DNA of 64,000 nt, from positions 3,286,001-3,350,000 of the forward strand of contig CAVNZM010000014.1 in assembly GCA_963693365.1 (NCBI GenBank). The letters run 5' to 3'. The stretch is from Amoebidium appalachense (taxonomy: Eukaryota > Protista > Ichthyosporea). Numbering within the stretch: position 1 is the stretch's first letter; every line of letters starts with the position of its first letter. A program made the translations under genes and the position numbers. The notes beneath the pieces are model-generated. The model was not told the origin of the DNA. It searched no databases and saw only the letters and a list, made by a program, of their open reading frames with translations. Of the stretch, positions 58,912-64,000 are shown piece by piece.

Positions 58912-59770
58912 TTTAAGATCAGTCGACCTTTATTTATAATGCTATCTCGTACTAATTCACACATATGAAATGCATACACCAATCAATGCGACCAAATATT
59001 CCGCTGCAATTTGCTATGTGTCACGAAGCGACATGGGCCAACTTTTGCGCAACGCACAGCCTTCAACGGCCTGCCGTTGTAAACGGATCTTTTTTTTTTT
59101 TTTTTGGGCCCCTCGAAACACAGCGGTCTTGCGCATTCACACTTCGAGGTTATCTTTTAAACAAACAATAGAAACAAGGGAACAGGTGATGCTATTCAAG
59201 AATGGAGAGCGCGACCGGCCGATCAGCCCATTAGCATGAGGCTAACGCTGTTTGTGCAAGGCAGCTTCAGAGAAAACACACCCACAAACACGCACACAAA
59301 CACATTCACCCTCTAACCAGGCTATTTCTCGGAGTTCTGCCCGAAGCCTATTGGGTTGCCAAGGGCATATGTACAAGTGTGATGCTTGAAAGATGGGTGA
59401 TATTTATTCGTTAGCACTCAAACAGTTGGGGCTAAGCCTATTGGGTTGCCAAGGGCATACTATCCTAACACTATGAGCTGAAAATAATGAGCCCTGGAAC
59501 GTTTCGCCTCAAGCGTAAGATAGGGAAAAGACACACGTGTCACCTCTATGTTAGCAGCGGTTCCGTGCAAAAAAAACAAAACATGAAACGTTGCAATTGG
59601 CCCATTGAGTCCACTGGTAGTGTTGGAGGGCAAACTGTAGCGGCGCCAACCTGCGGCAACAACTGCTCACTGCCCGCAATGCGCGATTGGCAGAATCGAC
59701 TTGCGCAAGCATGACATTAGGTTCTCTGCCGCCCAGCGAGATGGCATTATAAAGGTCGACTGATCTTTAA
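58912..59770. mobile_element. About 855-bp MITE with about 30-bp TIRs and TT(T/A)A flanks (Kolobok-like)
   Basis: Left end AGATCAGTCGACCTTTATTTATAATGCTATCTCG; reverse complement of right end AGATCAGTCGACCTTTATAATGCCATCTCG. Flanks are TTTA and TTAA. Internal 26-bp direct repeat at 59344 and 59434. Confidence 0.8.
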
Positions 59771-60006
59771 TAAAGCGTTCCGATTGCCCATCAGAATTAC
59801 ATAGACCCGGCCGCGGCGTAGTAGTGCTTAGCCATTTACGTAAGCCAGTGGGTACATAGCCTTGGAGACTAATCCGGAACGCACCGGAGGCTCCAAATTC
59901 CGGGTTTAATCCGCCTATCACGCCCGGGCATTATTAGCCATTTATATCTGGTCGAAGCGATCCGGGAATCGGATCTGCTGCAGGCTCGGTGAGTCGGGGC
60001 CGCTGA

Positions 60007-60488
60007 GATAAGATGATTTTTTTCTTTTGACTGGATTTATTCGACGGAAAGATATGCAAGTATGCACGGCATACTGAGAAGACAATGAAAACTTCACGAG
60101 TTATCCAGTAACAAGTGCATACTGAGATACCTGAACACTGTGTGAAAATCATATAAATACTCAATGTGACGACCTGGTCCAACAGAATTCAACAAAGAGT
60201 CCTAAAGTGTTCACAATGCCAGCTAGTGTAGCAGACACCCGTAGGGAAAGAGGTAAAACGCGACATAAAAACTCACACCTATCAACATGCTTACGATTAA
60301 AAAGTTCAGCACAAAAGTGGCACCAGCGGCGATGAAAACAAGAATTACAGCGCCACTGCACAACGTCCCAGGCAATAATTATAATATCAACATCAGAGCA
60401 CCATACAGACGTATCTACTAAGGTGGTATCCAGACGTACAGCAGGAGAAATGTATCCTGCCAAAGCTCCCAAAAAGCGATAAGATGAT
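60007..60488 (-). mobile_element. 5'-truncated non-LTR retrotransposon copy (3' about 460 bp) with target-site duplication
   Basis: Near-identical to 61440-61894. Has AATAAA and an A-tail on the minus strand; GATAAGATGAT is directly repeated at 60007-60017 and 60478-60488. Confidence 0.9.
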
Positions 60489-61425
60489 GATGCGGCCACC
60501 TACAAGCTCGAGTTTTAAGGAAAACAGCGTTCCTTTTCACTTGATGATCACGGTATCTGGATCTACATAATAGGGTCACACCGACACGAGCATGAATTCG
60601 CTTGCTGTAGCCTGTTCGCCGATTCTGATTGGTGTGACCCGATTGAAATAATAGAATTTCAAAAGTAGCCAAATTTCTCTATTTTTGACGTCATTGACTT
60701 CTTGATTGGTTTAGGCCGAATTACGTAATTTCGTTTCAATCGGCAATTCCGGGTCGGGCTAAAAAGTGCGCTAACCTCAGGAATGTTGAGACTTTACAAA
60801 GAGGCGCATCCGACTGAACCCGTCTAAGGCTTCGTGAATCGACCCACGCGCTATTAGTGTAGCACCCCTGTACACTCGGCTTTCCAGAGTGAACAAATTA
60901 TCTGCCGATTACTCAAGGTATTAAGCTAAAAACCTGCGATTTGCAAAACTTTCTGCCGGAAGGAAGAACAAGTTTCCTATAAGTCGAACCAATCCGACCC
61001 GAAACTCCAGCTCCCAAATTCACAGCAACACCAATTAGATCAATACCTTGATTTCAGAAATAAACATATTTGGTTAATATTGACGTAACGATTGCTGATT
61101 GGTCACCGATAGCTGAGTAAGCGAGTTCATGCTACCGACATGCCAGGCCCACTTCCGGATCCTCGCTCCTCCCCCCCCCCCCCCCCTCCACCCCCCCCCC
61201 CCCCCCCCCCCCCCCCCCTCTCCCCCCCAACACGTGGCACCCCCGCGGACTGTGACCAGTAACTGAGATCGTGCGCCAACCCTTCTCCGCTCTGATGGTT
61301 GATGGTTGGTTAGTAGTACAGTGGCACAAGGTCATGCACTACACTGATCGAATTCGTCCCCTTGGAGCTCTGCGCAGGCTACCTCCCTCATCCAAAATGA
61401 TCACGAGGCTGGAAGCTCTTCGGAA

Positions 61426-62620
61426 TTTTTTTTTTTTTGCTTTTTCTTTTGACTGGATTTATTCGACGGAAATTTAAAGATATGCAAGTATGCACGGCAT
61501 ACTGAAAAGACAATAAAAACTTCACGAGTTATCCAGTAACTAGTGCATACTGAGATACCTGAACACTGTGTGAAAATCATATAAATACTCAATGTGACGA
61601 CCAACAGAATTCAACAAAAAGTCTAAAGTGGTCACATTGCCAGCCAGTGTAGCAGACACCCGTAGGGAAAGAGGTAAAACGCGACATAAAAACTCACACC
61701 TATCAACATGCTTGCGATTAAAAAGTTCAGCACAAAAGTGGCACCAGCGGCGATGGAAACAAAAATTACAACGCCACTGCACAACTTCCCAGGCAATATC
61801 AACATCAGAGCACCATACAGACTTATCTACTAGGGTGGTATCCATACGTACAGCAGGAGAGATGTATCCTGCCAAAGCTCCCAAAAAGCGATAATGATCA
61901 GTACGGTGTTGCCTAAGGAATATAACACATGCCGACTGAGTTTTACCTTTGATTTCTCTATCAGAACGAGAAAGAAACTTATACTGCGTATGGTAATAAC
62001 ACGAAAAGGCAGAAAAGATAGGAAGAGAAAAGAAAAAGGGAGTGAGATAGCGAGAGGAAGAATCAGCTTGAAAGAGGGTAGGCTGAGGACATTCAGAAGT
62101 AGCGTTGGTGAATCGGGGGGGAAGAGGGATGGAGGGAGGGGGGGGAAAGAAAGCATAAAGAGGGTGACCATCAGGTATCCTAACTAAATGAAAAAAAAAA
62201 CGAAGAGACGATTCCTCCATACGACAAACAGCAGACGACAATCCAAACATACTGATTAAGGGAGGCACAAACCGAGTACGAAACAAAGTGCGCAGCGCAG
62301 TACCCTGAAAATCGTCGAACTCTTTCAGCACCACCGCCGCCTCGCGAGGTGGGGCGCAGGCCAATAGCGGAAGTCCATATTCGAAAGTCGGCCGTAAAAA
62401 AGTTTTATAGTAGAGAATAAGGTTCGCAGGATGGATCACAGACTCCCGTTGAAACATATTTGACACGATGTAAAGTTAACCCTTCGCACGAGCGATCCGT
62501 GCCGTGAGGAGCTTGCGGAAATCAGTACCCCGTGCAGTAAAAGGAATACCCAAATAGTCATAGGTGCTCTGAACAGGAATAGGAAGACCGGCCAATCGAA
62601 AGGAAGCTCAACACAACCCT
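61426..62620 (-). mobile_element. 5'-truncated, decayed non-LTR (LINE) retrotransposon: RT domain 7, thumb and C-terminal Zn-knuckle-like motif
   Basis: Reads FRLAGLPIPVQSTYDYLGIPF...AKG*(62478-62476)...LYYKTFLRPTFEYGL...WRCNFCFHRRWCHFCAELFNRKHVDRC, then AATAAA and a poly(A) tail at 61426-61445. Confidence 0.88.
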
Positions 62621-62627
62621 CCAGAGC

Positions 62628-62658
<31 letters not shown>

Positions 62659-62663
62659 GGCAT

Positions 62664-62710
<47 letters not shown>

Positions 62711-63274
62711 GCACACACAGAGAAAAAGGTTTAAAAATAAAATGAAAAACATACACAAAATTCGTGTTCGCACACCTGCCCCGAAGGTACCTGTGAATAT
62801 ATAATTGTTCACAAATGTACATGTGTGTGTGTGTGTGTGTGTGTGTCATACATATAGTATTTCGAGTGCATTGGTACTGAGTCTAATTCTCTTCGTTGAG
62901 TTGAAAAAAATTCAAAAACCTGCAGCTGCCAACATATTTTTGACTTTTAAAAAATAAAAATAAAGGGGTCCCTCAAAGGAAGTACCGTCTTGCACCATGA
63001 GTAAGCACCCACTGTTACAGTACCATAGCTAGGGTGTTAATAGTGCATTCATGACAGCCAACAGATCTAGATCAATGACATGTACTGCCGGCCCGGGATA
63101 TCGATAAATGTGGTTATGTGTACACCGAGGGGAAAAACCGTTCTGCAATAATTTTATGAATCCCTGATCACTTCATGCGCCGAATTTCTGATCGCACAGT
63201 GGCACCATTGTGGCATATGCAGCAGAGCATTCATTCACAGTGTGGTGTGCACAAAAACACACACACACGCGCGC

Positions 63275-63356
<82 letters not shown>

Positions 63357-63806
63357 GTGACACACACACACACACGTACGTATATACATATGGCTGGGTC
63401 TGATTAATTAGTACACTTTTCTTGACATATATCGTTTAAAAACCCCATGTAATATCACGTCGTATATCATAACTATTACTGTTTTTACTGTTTTGACTGT
63501 CCAGTAGGCAAGAACGGTAACATAACTGTAGCATTGAATTTCCTGCGTCACAGCACGTGCGTACCACCAACGTGCAATGCTATAAACATTGCAGTGCTAT
63601 CACGTGTTATTTCATTAACTGAATACGAACTTTTATAGGAGGGCTGTGTGGTGACTCCAAAAAACCCAGGAATCTAACTGTAATATCAATACACAGACCG
63701 ACTAAACCCACGGTCGGTGACTTAAATCTGGTCGTCTTACAGCATGAAAACCGCGCCTGCGGCCTTTATACATGATGCTGGTATAGACCCGTGGTATTGT
63801 GCAATT

Positions 63807-64000
63807 GCGCACCCAAAAATGGTCCTCAGTTGTGCATATATGATCCTACCTTTCGGCGAGAGAAGGGCCAACAAAAACTTCGACCACCAAAACGGTCCTG
63901 CAGGTGATCATATATGATCCTACCCCTCGGGGGGAGGAGGGTAAAAGAAATGCGCACCCAAAAATGGTCCTGCGGTTATGCATATATGATCCTACCCTTG
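63807..64000. repeat. About 72-bp tandem repeat continuing past the window end
   Basis: AAAA(T/C)GGTCCT...CATATATGATCCTACC occurs three times; units 1 and 3 also share TGCGCACCCAAAAATGGTCCT. Confidence 0.85.

Noticed and set aside
61411-62610. GGAAGCTC on both sides of the long LINE copy as a TSD
   Set aside because: The left copy does not abut the tail and the match is only 8 bp.

Overview
Eukaryotic genomic DNA, extremely rich in microsatellites ((CA)n/(GT)n, (GA)n, (GCAC)n) and poly-G/poly-C tracts. Almost all ORFs in the supplied track are repeat artefacts. Phase-consistent exon chains read by hand give three spliced genes: a 31-exon, about 958-aa TEX10/Ipi1 gene (56050->29790, minus) whose introns host three tRNA genes, a 6-exon ALMT/FUSC-type membrane transporter (12960->7436, minus), and a divergent Gti1/Pac2 (WOPR) transcription factor (23198->27289, plus). 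Also present are an intronless syntenin-like tandem-PDZ gene with a partial upstream paralog, an intronless DUF4359-like gene, two 5'-truncated copies of a non-LTR retrotransposon, three TIR-bounded MITEs and two short intronic repeat families. A fungal-type WOPR next to holozoan-type syntenin, plus about 10 introns per kb of CDS, suggests a unicellular opisthokont such as an ichthyosporean (inference only). The most unusual signals concern splicing: many 3' splice sites have (CA)n instead of a polypyrimidine tract, and several sit inside tandem duplications of themselves. All gene models are unverified by transcripts or database search.
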